Assembly (NCBI GenBank): GCA_964016885.1
Contig: OZ024745.1
Coordinates: 129,332,001 to 129,396,000, forward strand
Direction: 5' to 3'
DNA: 64,000 nt
Origin: Eledone cirrhosa
Lineage: Eukaryota
Shown: in pieces, positions 1 through 14,559 of the stretch
Position numbering within the stretch: position 1 is the stretch's first letter
How the letters are laid out: the number at the start of each line of letters is the position of its first letter
Made by a program: the position numbers and the translations under genes
The notes under the pieces: generated by a model
The model's input: only the letters and a program-made list of their open reading frames with translations
Database searches by the model: none
Told to the model about the DNA's origin: nothing

Positions 1-103
1 GTGGTTACACAACTGTTAGTTCACCATACCGAGAACAATTGTTTCACCTTAGCGGATCTTCAGCTCGTAATGGGCATGGTTATAGGAACAGGAAGGACAA
101 CCG

Positions 104-138
<35 letters not shown>

Positions 139-512
139 TAATATATATATATATTAGGATTGGTGCTCTGAAATAACGATGCATACATCAATGTATGTAT
201 AGTATATTTGGCGTATGTTTAATTAAAAACATTAGAATGTTTTAATTAAACATACAGTATATTGCCAAATATACTATACATACGTTAATATGTGGTAGAA
301 ATTCTTAGATGAAAAATCAAAGAAAACAGCGTTCAATCTGTTGCAAGAGAGCTAATTTAGTATTAAAGAAGTGTCATATACTTAACATATATGTGGGACC
401 ATTGATTTTGGGGTCCAGTGATGGCCACCACTGTCTATTGGAGGAGGCACTTTTAAACTGGCCCTTCATTCCGGCACTTGGACGAATATATAAACTTTGT
501 TTATACTAAATA

Positions 513-763
<251 letters not shown>

Positions 764-1716
764 GAAAATGTATCTGTTTACAATAATTGATATAAATTAT
801 ATATATATGAAAATGATCCTTTTACAATAATTGATATAAAACATTAATTTTTAACAATATTTTCAGTAACTTATTTACTATATTGTATTATTGTATTATA
901 TTATGTATATTTGAAAGGTATCACCTTAAGTCTTTAGACAATACAATCCTTGTATATTTTTTTTATTAACACATATATGTAATTGAAAATTCAGACCTCT
1001 TTATGCTTAATTATAAGGCCTGTTGATCCTTTAGGCACTCAAATTGTTAATCATAAATTCTTTAATAATTATAACTGTAATTTATTTTATAAATTATATT
1101 ATATAAACTGTTGTCAATATTATAAATAATTTTGATAAAGTTTACCTTCGTGAGGTTGTAAAAACATTGTTTTATTTCTCGTGTTTGTAAATCCTTTAAA
1201 TTTGATTTCATAAAATTTGAATTTTAGAAATTAAACTTGATAGTATACTTTAATATTAATACAGATACCTATTAACTTTTAAAACCTTAAATATTATTCA
1301 TTACTCTGAACTTAAATTAAATATTTTGAATATTAATGGTCAACCAAATAAGTTTAGATATATATTGTATATATGGATAATTGTCTATAAACTTGAACAT
1401 AAATTATTCCCCTTTGTTTCTCTCTCCCTGTAATCAACTCTCTGTTGTTTTTCCAGGCCCCTACTAACTATATAATCCATTAGCTGTTTTTTCCTCTATG
1501 CTTTCCTTTCTTTCCCCTTTCTTCATAATTTAAATCTTTTTAACAGTTATATTGATGCTATGTATTTTTTAAGCTGCCTCACAGGCACCCTCTCTATTGT
1601 ATGTATTATATATTTTTCTCATGTTCTCAATATGAAGGTATATAAATATTGAGTTTTGTCATATATTACTCACTACCATGACTGAATTTTAGCCATCTAC
1701 TATGTCAGGGTATGAC

Positions 1717-1781
1717 ATTTTATCTGATGAGGACGTACTGTTGAACTTAACTCAGTACCTCTGAAATATGTATAATAAAAT
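1717..1781 (+). ncRNA. Minimal type I hammerhead ribozyme motif (Penelope pLTR type)
   Basis: attttat-CTGATGA-(ggacgtactg...cagtacctct stem II)-GAAA-t-atgt-a-TA-ataaaat; stem I attttat/ataaaat pairs perfectly; predicted cleavage after 1774. Confidence 0.8.
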
Positions 1782-1920
1782 ATACTTGATCACAAGAATA
1801 TCTATTTTGTTAATATTTTGAATTAATATTAATAACTCTGGAAAACCAATTCCTGTTTAGTGCTTCCAATCTATTGTAAAACTCATTCTTTGATTTATTC
1901 ATTGAACGTTGTTTAACTTT

Positions 1921-2021
<101 letters not shown>

Positions 2022-2032
2022 ACATATATATT

Positions 2033-2222
<190 letters not shown>

Positions 2223-2649
2223 CAAACGCATTTCATATATTAATAAGGAGGAACCATGGCTGAGAAATAAGTGTATGAGTATGAAGTAAATGGCAAGAAA
2301 AATAATTAATTAAGAAAATAATTAAATAATTATTTATTAGCACATTTAGTCGCATATAGATTGACTAAATGGAAGAAACACGTAAATGCATTTAGGTAAG
2401 ATTTATTCTCCGTAGTGTGCGGATGGTAGCACCTGGATCCTTCATGTAAAATTTCAGTTGAACTGAGAAAAATAAATATTGCTTGAACAACGGAAAATTG
2501 TTTAGAGTGAGCAGTTGGACTAAAAAATTAAAGATAAATTACATTAAATAAAATTACAACTAAGGTAATTACATGCAATAAAGGAAGTGTCGTTAATGGT
2601 GTGAACATGTAGTCGTTTGATAAAACTTCTGTCTATACAAAAAGTAATC

Positions 2650-3460
2650 CTCTCTGTATGGCAATTGAGAATAGATTCTTCAGTAAACAGCAAAGGAACA
2701 CGCCCAGTATTTATTTTCAGTAATATATTAATCTAGCTCATTTATTCCACTTCAGAATATAAGGCCTTAATTTATTTTTGAGCATTCAAATGTAAGTAGA
2801 AAGTGATGTTTAGTTGCTTTTGTTAATGTTTATGGAAGCATTTAGCCTGAATTTAAATGTATTTGAAACCATATTCTATATATAATTTACAGATAGTTTC
2901 AGTTTTCATAGACAAAATCGTTAGGCAAACAACTAAGCGTATAGAGGAAGTGTTACTATTTGTACTAAATAGATATTAGCGTTTCAATGTGAGTATGGTG
3001 TTTATTAAGCTTGGAGATGTTTCAGAAAGCTAAAATACGGTCGAAGTTAGATGTAGTGGAAAAAATATCTTAATATTACTGTTCATGATTTGATGATAAA
3101 TACGTTTATAAGCAATTTTGAGACTGTGTTATTGGAGTAACCAGTGTGATGAAGGCTCGTTTTTTATGTTTCTTTCTATGTTTCTGTTTTTATTTGTAGG
3201 GATATTAGGTGTACTAGCGTGAGTTATTATATTTTTAAAACACTTCTGGCTAAGGCATCATTAAAGCGTCATGATAGTTTAAGATAACTGTGTTTGTTAG
3301 CAGAAAGTAGGTGATGTTCTAGGTACTAAATTATTAATTATGTTTCTAGGGTTGCTGGAGTGATTGTAAATGTAATTAAGGGATTCATTTTGATTGAGGT
3401 TTGAATAATGTAAGGAAATCCTGAGATCAAAGGTTAGGTCTCGAAAGATTGTTTTGGTGA
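2650..3460 (-). mobile_element. Decayed Penelope-like retroelement (RT C-terminus and GIY-YIG endonuclease remnants)
   Basis: Manual minus-strand translation gives interrupted motifs IFRDLTFDL, LNYIYNHSSNPRNI, CLPNDFVYE, KLYI, TFKFRLN, TSLSTYI*MLKNK, LKW in the order expected for Penelope ORFs. Confidence 0.7.
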
Positions 3461-3589
3461 GATGTGATTTAACTATGATTTGGGATCCAAAACACGCTCG
3501 AAGAAGCTATGGAGATAATGTTTTGAAGCTGTCAGTAGTTTCTTGGTTGTAATTGTTCAACATAAAGATACAATGAAATATGAAAGCAC

Positions 3590-3765
3590 AAAGACGCACA
3601 GACAGACACACGCAGACACAGACTGACAGAGAGAGAGAGAGTGTGAGAGAGAGAGAGAGAGAGACGCTTACAAACACAGGTAGACACACACAGACACAGA
3701 CTGACAGAGAGAGAGAGAGAGAGAGAGAGAGACGCTTACAAACACAGGTAGACACACACAGACAG

Positions 3766-3802
<37 letters not shown>

Positions 3803-3838
3803 GAGAGAGAGAATGAGAGAGAGAGAGTGAGAGAGAGA

Positions 3839-3881
<43 letters not shown>

Positions 3882-3921
3882 GCTCACAAACACAGATAGA
3901 CACACACAGACACAGACTGAC

Positions 3922-3962
<41 letters not shown>

Positions 3963-4000
3963 CGCTCACAAACACAGATAGACACACACAGACACAGACT

Positions 4001-4093
<93 letters not shown>

Positions 4094-4130
4094 GCTCACA
4101 AACACAGATAGACACACACAGACACAGACT

Positions 4131-4221
<91 letters not shown>

Positions 4222-4255
4222 GCTCACAAACACAGATAGACACACACAGACAGGG
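3590..4255. repeat. Compound minisatellite: about 44-bp unit alternating with variable (GA)n
   Basis: gacgctcacaaacacagatagacacacacagacacagactgaca plus (ga)n recurs about 6 times. Confidence 0.9.
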
Positions 4256-4750
4256 AAACAGAGACAGAGACAGACAGAAAGACACATATACTCACACAGA
4301 GACACAGCGGTCACACGCAGACACAGGCAAACAGGCAAACACATACACTCACACACACATAGAGAGACTGACAGACACACGCAGACACAGGCAAACAGGC
4401 AAACACATACACACACACACACATAGAGAGACTGACAGATACACGCAGACACAGGCAAACAGGCAAACACATACACATACACACACATACAGAGACTGAC
4501 AGATACACGCATCCACAGGCAAACACATACACTCACACACACATACAGAGACTGACAGACACACGCAGACACAGGCAAACCGGCAAACACATACACACAC
4601 ACACACATACAGAGACTGACAGATACATGCAGACACAGGCAAACAGATAGACAGAATGACACATACGCTCTCACACACAGACAGACACACACATACACAC
4701 ACAGACAGGAAAACAGACAGACAGACACACACACACTCACACGCACACAT
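4256..4750. repeat. About 60-bp CA/GA-derived minisatellite
   Basis: gcagacacaggcaaacaggcaaacacatacac...agagactgacagatacac recurs about 6 times. Confidence 0.85.
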
Positions 4751-5811
4751 GCACTTACGGGCGCAAACAACAAATACCAGCCAGCAAATAGATATCAAAG
4801 AATATACTTATATTGTTATGCACTCGGAGTGGGCCATGCTTCCAGTAAAAACACATGCACCTGAGTTTTCACTTCAAATTATTATAAACTCTGAGTCGGT
4901 TAGTTTAATAACCTGATGGCTGTTTAGTTGTTGATTGTCTAAGCTTTTTCGACACAATTTCTGGTTAATTTAGTACGAGCTACTTTCGATATTTGTTGGA
5001 GCAGAGTTAACATTTGGGTACCTAACACCAACAACCATCACACTTCCCTCTACCACCCACAACACCAACATAACCACAACCACAACCACAACCATATCCA
5101 TAACCACAACCCCAACCATAACCACAACCACAACCACATCCACACCCCAACCACAACCATAACCATAACCATAACCACAACCACAACCACAACCACCAGC
5201 AATAGAGAAAAAACAAATGCAATCACATAACACAAACAAGACAAGAAATAACCCTATAATAAATAGTTACGACAATAACATGGCGGTATCCCAGCATAAC
5301 ATCAGACTGTCGGCTGGAGCACGTATTAGAATTCAGGGACTAGATTCCTTCTCCCTCCCGTTTGACCTGTGCGGAATTCCTTCCTTGCTCACATATCGAC
5401 TAGGTTTGATGGTCTTTATTCTCTCTCGTTCACGATTTCACAGAACTTATATTCATGGAAATCTGGGACTTGACTCTTTCTTCCTCACTTTTCGTTGCTT
5501 TACCATCTTTGTTTGTTTACAGCCTCGCTCGTTCCCCTTATTTACGTGTCCCAACGACTTTCTTTAGCCGTTGCTTGCACCAACCGGAGGTATATGGTCC
5601 TTAAAGCGATGAAATACCAATGAAGTTTGGAAGATCACTGATGAAGGACTAAATTTATTCATATATATATATATATATATATATGCATATACGTATAGAT
5701 AACAGATTAACGTTTAAGCAAAGAATCGTTGCTTTCACCTTTATACTATATATATATTTTTATACATATATATATATACTATATATATGTATATATTTTT
5801 ATACATATATA

Positions 5812-5876
<65 letters not shown>

Positions 5877-5877
<1 letters not shown>

Positions 5878-6072
5878 CGAAGGAAATGTGGCAAGGAACC
5901 AGATGGACCATAACGCACCAAAGTACTCAATACTTAGGATAGTAGAGTGGGTAATAGGAACGAGTAGGACCCCGACGGCTGAACTCAAGCCGTTTCGACG
6001 GCTAATTCTGGACTCGAGTCCAGAATTAGCCGTCGAAACGGCTTGAGCTCAGCCGTCGAGGTCCTACTCGTT

Positions 6073-6077
<5 letters not shown>
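5877..6077. mobile_element. Fold-back element family A (tail plus 124-bp palindrome) within (TA)n
   Basis: Palindrome 5954-6077 centred at ctc|gag (6015/6016) with 2 mismatches; unique tail 5877-5953; TA tracts on both sides. Confidence 0.8.
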
Positions 6078-6129
<52 letters not shown>

Positions 6130-6131
<2 letters not shown>

Positions 6132-6253
6132 CGAAGGAATTGTGGTAAGGAACCAGATGGACCATAACGCATCAAAGTACTCAATACTTAATACTCCAGA
6201 AATAGCTGTCGAAACGGCTTGAGCTCTGCCGTCGGGGTCATACTTGTTCCTAT
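6130..6253. mobile_element. Internally deleted family A copy
   Basis: Same tail (gaaccagatggaccataacgc...aagtactcaatactta) joined directly to the right arm. Confidence 0.75.
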
Positions 6254-7089
6254 ATATATATATATATATATACATTAAAATGCTTAGTATCTGTTTGTCT
6301 GGTTCTTAGCATAGTTGAATGCTAAAGGTCAGTAGTTAAATCAGAATGTCCTACGACCGGATGTGACAGAGAACTTATTTATATTCAACCCATTAATAAA
6401 TGGAACTCTATCCTTACTGCAACAATATAAGAAGCATCACATATCATAATTATTTTCCCTTCAAAGTTAAACGAAAACATTTAGAAATTCTTATATTTTT
6501 TCTTTTCTATCCAATATATTTCTTTTTCTGCAATATGGCCAGAAATTACTGATTATTAGTGTAGCCTTATACCAAAAGTTCTTTTGTCGTAACGCGAATA
6601 ATAGTATATATATATTTCTTTTTAATATCCTTGAGTTTTTCCTAAATGAAATATTAATTAATCATGACGATTGAAATGACTTTATCAGGTCAGAATGTGA
6701 TTAAGTTTCGTTTTCTTTCGTCTTTTCTTGTTTCGGTTGCTTTCTGTCTGAATGACAATCATCACGGATTAAATCAATGTCCGTGGTTGAATCATACAAA
6801 GCTATGTTCATCAATAAGAAAAGTACTATCTACCGAACAGTAACACCATTCATCCTGTATGGATGTGGCCAGTGGAACAACAAGATACTGTAATGTAACA
6901 AACACTATTTCATTCGTCTCTCATCGTCGTGTTCAACTCTATCGCGAGGTTGACTTTACTTCTGGAGGGACGATCAAATAAATACCAATCAGATTCTCTG
7001 GTCAATTTAATAATTTCTACTCTCTTCTGAAAATATTTGGACATTTTGCAATCATGTAAAATAACTTTCACAGTATTAACAGAATTCTG

Positions 7090-7530
7090 ACTTAGGCACA
7101 ATGCCAACAGTTTTAAGGGAGGGGAAAGTCAATTAAATCAACTCCAGTGTATTACTGGTACTTTATTTTATCGACCTCGTAAGGATGAAAGGCAAAGCTA
7201 ACCTCGGCAGGATTTGAACTCAGACCGTAAAGAGCCATAACTCTATGCTGCAAAGCATGGTGCTCGACGCTCTACCGATACTGCCAATCCACCGCCTTGA
7301 AACTGATTAATGTTGGTTACTAATTAAGGCACAAGGCCAATAATTTTTGGGGAGGGGGAAATCGATTAAATCGACCCGAGTGTGAGACTGGTATTTTATT
7401 TTATCGACCATGTAAGGAAGAAAGGCAAAGCTAACCTCAGTGGGATTTGAACTCAGAACGTAAAGGGCCGTAACTATATGCTGCAAACCACATTGTCTGA
7501 CGCTCTACCGATACTGTCAATCCACCGCCC
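7090..7530 (-). mobile_element. Two tandem tRNA-derived SINE copies (octopus-type family)
   Basis: Reverse complement has A-box tggcagtatcggtagag, B-box gagttcaaatc and body ctttgcctttcatccttac...gtcgataaaataaagtaccag. Confidence 0.88.
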
Positions 7531-7569
7531 TCGAAACTGATTATTATGTGTTAAATTATTATGTGTTAA

Positions 7570-7775
7570 ATTTGCAGAATTATTAGAGCTTCGGATAAAA
7601 TGCCACTGCACATTTGTTCTGGTTCACAACATTTTGAGTTCAAATCTGGCCATGTTCAATTTTGGCCTTCATCATTCTGATGACGATTAAATAATATATT
7701 AATCAGTTACAGTGGTTGACTTAATCAACTTTGTCTTTTCCCAAAATTATCTGACCTTGTGCCAAAATAAAAAAA
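7570..7775 (+). mobile_element. Diverged SINE of the same superfamily
   Basis: gagttcaaatctggcc...ccttcatc...gaccttgtgccaaaat. Confidence 0.65.
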
Positions 7776-8450
7776 AAATGTCTTTTTGCAATGAAAACCT
7801 AGATTTTATATTAAACGTTCGTGAATATTTTCATATCAAAAATCATGAGCTTGTGTAATCTTATTGCCTCTTGATTATATATGCATACACATGTATCATA
7901 TTTATTGTAATAGCGCTGGTTGGTTAGGGAATGATGAATTTGCCAGAGCACTGAGACGGATATGTTGGTTTCGGTTATGTCGTTATGATAATGAAAAGAC
8001 AATCCGAAGAATTACATTGCATTGCTGAGTTAATATTCGTCTGTTGGTGTAGCTTAAAGATGAAAAATCTGGCTTGTCTCTGCCGAGCTGATTTGCTTCC
8101 AATAGAATGTATGAAGTGAAAGTTTTCAGTGGGGTCCTTATGATAGGAGTGTTTGTGGAGGTAGTCATCACCACAACATATAAAAATTGGCGCCCGATAC
8201 TCTACCGATACTGCCAATCCACCAATTTAAATTAATGAAACATATTTTCGTGATTCTAAATCGAGAATATGGTGTAACTTAAAATTTAATTTAGAACACG
8301 TATTTAATTTCAATTAAAATATTTATTATTCAAATGTTAATCCATATTCAGTTAGATTTTACTTTCTAACATGTTTTTAACGGAAAGGGAAATATCCAAC
8401 ACTAACTGGAATATAATTCATCCTAGTTGTATTTGCATAAAAACTGAAAA

Positions 8451-8725
8451 GACTTCTCGGCAGAGCTGTTCTTGTACAGAATGGGCAGCTGGTGGCAGAT
8501 TGCGATACGGCCACCAAATATGATGTTTAGTTGCCATATAAGCGGGCAACTGCTAGACGAATAAGTAACCTCGGACCAAAAGCGGTAAGATTCTCGGCAG
8601 AGCCGTACTGTTGGGGATCGGGTCGCAAATGGCAGAAAGCGATATGGCCAACATATATGATGGTTACTTGCCATATAAACGGGCAGCTGCTAGACGAATA
8701 AGCAACCCCAGACAAACAGCGGTAA
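8451..8725. repeat. Diverged tandem duplication, 2 x about 138 bp
   Basis: Units 8451-8588 and 8589-8725 share ttctcggcagagc...ttgccatata...ctgctagacgaataag...agcggtaa. Confidence 0.85.
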
Positions 8726-9455
8726 ACTATTAGTGGGGATAGAGCAATGAGTGACACCTGTAGCTTCTAAGAAACAAAATTATGATGTGCACTTGCGTTG
8801 ATGTTTTGACATTTTGAAGGAATCGAAGTAAATAAGGGTTATTTAAATTGATTTTCCACTAAAACCTACCAATGTATTCCAATTCGGAATGAACATACTA
8901 CATGATACTAAGAATAAAAAATATCAAAGAAATACAAATAAATACAAAACCACGAGAATTCCAGTGCCAACATATCTTTTTTTTTTCATCTTGTATTTCT
9001 TATATACTCCACAATAATATAAGACGAAAGCGAATACAACATCAATAAATAAATAAAAATAAATGAATGAATCAATATAAAAAAAAGCAACAAGAAAAAT
9101 ATATAACTAACTAAAATAGAATTAAAAAAAAGAAATTACGATAAAAAATATATTTACTTTCAATGCTTAACTTATAACTCAACTTTAACCTTAAAACCCA
9201 CGTTCATTTCCCAAATAATTTTCTCTCTACACGTTGCTAGTAACCGGAAGTATTCCTGAATATTTCCAATTAATCTATTATGGGGAAATTCACGGTCTGT
9301 CAAGTCCAGTTATCAACCAACCAGTATATAATTTGATTTAATCAAATTATTTAATCACCAGCATTGAAATTCCCTTCCACGCGTCTAGTCTCCGTTTTGT
9401 TTAGCAGCCATTTGTTTCCAGTTTATTTTGTCAAGCGTCGATGTTTCATTCGTAC

Positions 9456-9494
9456 ATTTCTCATTGTTTTTAGCTGAATTCATCATGATTTGAG

Positions 9495-9563
<69 letters not shown>

Positions 9564-9598
9564 CTCAAATCATGATGAATTCAGCTAAAAACAATGAG

Positions 9599-9602
<4 letters not shown>
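9456..9602. repeat. Near-perfect palindrome: 43-bp arms around (TA)n
   Basis: atttctcattgtttttagctgaattcatcatgatttgagcttt and its exact reverse complement at 9560-9602. Confidence 0.92.
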
Positions 9603-9678
<76 letters not shown>

Positions 9679-10635
9679 ATATATATATATATATATATTC
9701 AGCTAGATTTTGAATTGCTTCGTTTTTCTAGTAGTAGTGTATGTCAAAAATATAACCGATTGGGTTGACTGAATACCATCAACACTGAATACATTCGTAA
9801 CTGGGTTCAAATCTTCCTTCGATCAACATCCTCTTACTTGCCTCTGGTCCACCGTGCAGCTTAATAGTGCCGCGAGGCTCTTGCTGGTGCCCTCTTCATC
9901 AATTGATACCATTTTTGATAATGCGTGCACACATATTGAAGTGGACCTGTGCTTTGACCTCCTCGTATGTGAGTCACGTAAATGCTGTTGTGGAGCCATA
10001 GTTGACGAGTTTTAACCACATCTGCTTTCTGGGCCCTACAGTGTATGTCGGTTCACTAGGCAAGCCGTCTTGATTGAAGTAATAAAAAGGAGCCTGCTGA
10101 CCCCAGAGGGAATAACATTTTCCCGGTGTTACATAATTATATCTACTTTCAATGCTTAACTTATAACCCAACTTTAACCTTAAAGGGGGTAAATCTCGAA
10201 AATGTGCTAGTACATACTTGATTGATATGCATTAAATAGCCACACCATCTCCAAATCATACCCGGCCGTCATAAAGATAAACAACTTTGATAATTCGGTC
10301 CGAAGTTCATTGCATAAACGGAAAAAAATGGAACGATTGGATGGTTATGACTGAAACAACTTTGTCCATGGTCCTTCTCAATCAAGACTAAGTTGGGAAC
10401 AACAATACTAGTAACAATAACATTACAAATAAACAGGTGTTGTCAGCAATAGTTTATACTCACAAATAAAATAAGATACTCAATTGTGTTTTAGCAATTC
10501 ATCAATTTGAAATTTGTGCGCTTCAAGTTATGAAGATTTTCTAAGAAAATGTAGAAATATTATCTTCTATAAAATATACAGCATAGAAAACGAAACCTGC
10601 CACCACCCTCAGAATTATTTACCTCTCAGCTATTA

Positions 10636-11043
10636 CGAGGGTAATCTCAAAAGTAAGGTCTCCAAAGCGATGGGGACGCAGAGAAACTGTTCGTACGGCT
10701 GTTGGCAACACTGTTGTGATTGGTGCTTTCTTCACTCCCAAACAAGCATGCGCGCGCTTCGCTGGGATGCTCAATCTTGGCTTGGCAGCCGTTGAGAATG
10801 GAGCTCCCGTTGAACGCTACCGCCAAGTGCGAATTTCGCGCAGTTATTATATAGAGGGCAATCCCAAAAGTAAGGTCTCCGTCCGAGGAAAACATGCGTA
10901 AAGATCGGCGGATCACTCTGGATGCTCTCTGCATTTTGGTTCTTGGGGTTTTCCGAAGCACCATCCACAGGATTTTAACGGAAAAGTTGCAATATCGGAA
11001 GTTGCAATATCGGAAGGAGACCTTACTTTTGGGATTGCCCTCG
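10636..11043 (+). mobile_element. Mariner transposon remnant with three TIR copies
   Basis: TA-flanked 28-bp TIR cgagggtaatctcaaaagtaaggtctcc (10636), second left TIR (10853-10880), inverted TIR (11016-11043); transposase pieces MELPLNATAKCEFRAVI from ATG 10798 and DRRITLDAL...RSTIHRILTEKLQYRK. Confidence 0.85.
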
Positions 11044-11275
11044 TATATATTGTGGTTTACTTATTCTATAGTAAATTACATTGGGAAAACATTTCATATA
11101 TATGTCACTGGACTTTCACAAACATGGAAGCATGAGCTTCCACATAATTGTGGTAACATCTGATGATATCAAAACTATGCCTGTTACCCCTGTAATGATG
11201 GTATGACGGTTGAATACTGGTGTAACTGAAATACGCATTGTGCAGTAAATACAATTATGTAACATCTATCGTTAA

Positions 11276-11647
<372 letters not shown>

Positions 11648-11774
11648 AACCACAACAGAAACACAAACCGTCTTTCTCAATTTTTATTTTAAAAAGCATA
11701 AGAACTGTGAAACCGGTAAAGTAATTAAATCAATATTCTTAAAAGACACTAGCTGCATATTCAATGTATTTTCC

Positions 11775-11851
<77 letters not shown>

Positions 11852-12180
11852 TATTTGAGATTTGGTAAACTTGCGAAGCGTTAGTAGACTGAAAATATTG
11901 GCAACACAATGAAGATAAGTATAACAATATATGGTAACGCAGCGCTAGAGACGGAAAGAGAAAAGTGCGGGAATCTCATCATGCATCAATCAAGTGCTGG
12001 GCATTTACCAATTTCGTCAACGCACAGCCTCGGCAACCAATTACCGGCTTGTAGAAGATTTATGCGCGGAGCTAGGATTGAAAAGAACGTTTGGTTGAGG
12101 CACATGAATGCACAAACAAGTATACACACACACACACACACACACAGACACACAGACTCACACACACATATATATTCATA

Positions 12181-12235
<55 letters not shown>

Positions 12236-12242
12236 GTATATG

Positions 12243-12278
<36 letters not shown>

Positions 12279-12321
12279 TATATGTATATGTACACACACA
12301 CACATATATAGATATATACAT

Positions 12322-12357
<36 letters not shown>

Positions 12358-12414
12358 TATATATATATATACATTTATATATATATATATATATACATAC
12401 ATATATATATACAT

Positions 12415-12449
<35 letters not shown>

Positions 12450-12491
12450 CATACATATATATATATATACATACACATATATATATATATT

Positions 12492-12561
<70 letters not shown>

Positions 12562-12840
12562 GTATAAATATATATATATAATATTTACGAATATATATGA
12601 GATTTTGTATTTTCAGAGATAACATGATGTTGGTCTTAGATAAGTTTGTCACCGCATGACATGATTTTCGCAGAATGTTAAAATAAAAGAACATTTTAAA
12701 ATCTATTTTCTTTTCTTTCTTCTCTCATTCCCCCTTTATATTTCATTCTGCTGTTTTCTTTTTGTTTTCGTCTTTTACGTTTCTTGTTCTGTCTGCTTCT
12801 GAGCTTTGTTGTGTGTGTGTGCGAGGGTTTGCGTGCGCGA

Positions 12841-12912
<72 letters not shown>

Positions 12913-12935
12913 TTATTTATGTATATATATATATG

Positions 12936-12979
<44 letters not shown>

Positions 12980-13444
12980 AATTTATATATATATATATAT
13001 AATGTTGTTTTCTGTTGGTTGTTATTTTCTGAATCTATATTTCTTAGCATACACACAAGCATAAAGTCTTACATACACACACATATACAGACACTTACAC
13101 TGACACACATTCACATGCATACAAAAAAAAAACGCACACACACACCCAAACACAAACACATAAACACACACACATACACACACATATACGCACATACAAA
13201 CAAAAACACATACACATACACACGCACACACACATATATATATATACATATAAATTCAGACATATATATATATATATATATATATATAAGTGTGTTTGCA
13301 TGTACGTTTCTGTGTAATATGCGTGTAACTGTACACTATTGTAAGTGTGGTGATTTGATAGTTTTGATGTTATTGTTGGTGATATTTTGATGTTAGTGGT
13401 GTTAGAACTGGTGATGGAAGTGGTGCGTAATGTTGATAATAATA

Positions 13445-13635
13445 ATAATTGTTTCTACTTTAGGCACAAGACCAGCAAATACTCAGTACATTACAGGTAC
13501 TTTATTTTATCGACCCCGTAAGGATGAAAGGCAAAGTTAACCTTGGCGGGATTTGAACTCAGACCGTAAAGGGACGTAACTATGCTAGACAGCATGGCGT
13601 CCAACCCTCTACCGATACTGCTAATTCACCGCCTT
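13445..13635 (-). mobile_element. tRNA-derived SINE
   Basis: Same head, body and tail as the 7090 family. Confidence 0.88.
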
Positions 13636-13909
13636 TGATAATAATAATAATGATGGATTGTTTTATATTGAGCGATGAACTTGTTGATGGAAACGGTTTT
13701 CATATTATCAGATCGTCCATATTTCATTGTTTGGTGATTTAAAGCGAATCTTGAAGAAAACATTGTTTTTATACATAAACACGTTCATACATATACGTAC
13801 AGAGACATGTGTTTATATTTTACTTCTCCCCACCCACACCCACCCATATATATGCGGAATATTTATAGCTTATACGGAGAGCTGGAAAGAAAAATCGGCA
13901 TATATATAT

Positions 13910-14071
13910 ATAGGAAAATGTTTAATCCCGACGGCAGAGCTCAAGCCGTTTCGACGGCTATTTCTGGAAATAGCCGTCGAAACGGCTTCAGATCCGCCGT
14001 CGGGGTTAAACATTTTCCTATTACCCACTCTACTACCCTAAGTATTGAGAACTCTGGTGCGTTATGGTCCA
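13910..14071. mobile_element. Family A fold-back element (112-bp palindrome plus tail)
   Basis: Palindrome 13910-14021 centred at tttc-tg-gaaa; tail 14022-14071 is the reverse complement of the 5877 tail. Confidence 0.8.
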
Positions 14072-14149
14072 TATATATATATATATACTTATAAATAGAT
14101 AGATAGATAGACAGATAGATAGATAGAGAGATAAATATACATACATAGA

Positions 14150-14380
14150 GCATGTTGACTAGTGGTAAGTGTGTTGGACTTACGATCATCGTGGTTTCGA
14201 ACAAAACGCTTTATTTCACGTTGCTCCAGTATACTCATCTGAAAATGTGTACCAGCAATAGCTGGAGGTTTAACCCTGCGATGGACTGGCGTCCTGTCCA
14301 GGGGGGAGTCTTGTACTTTCAGTCGCTTCACGCCATGAAACTGAGAAAAGTACCATGCCAACGAGCCTCCTTTAGACTTG
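14150..14380 (+). mobile_element. Second SINE family (V-SINE-like central domain), partial
   Basis: ctttatttcacgttgctcc...ccctgcgatggactggcgtcctgtccagggggg...cagtcgcttcacgccatgaaac; related pieces at 28045-28112 (-) and 60716-60850 (+). Confidence 0.65.
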
Positions 14381-14407
14381 ATATATATATCAAGTCTAAA
14401 GTCTCTC

Positions 14408-14559
<152 letters not shown>

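Noticed and set aside
3590-4255. Repeat-spacer array
   Set aside because: The spacers are only variable-length (GA)n
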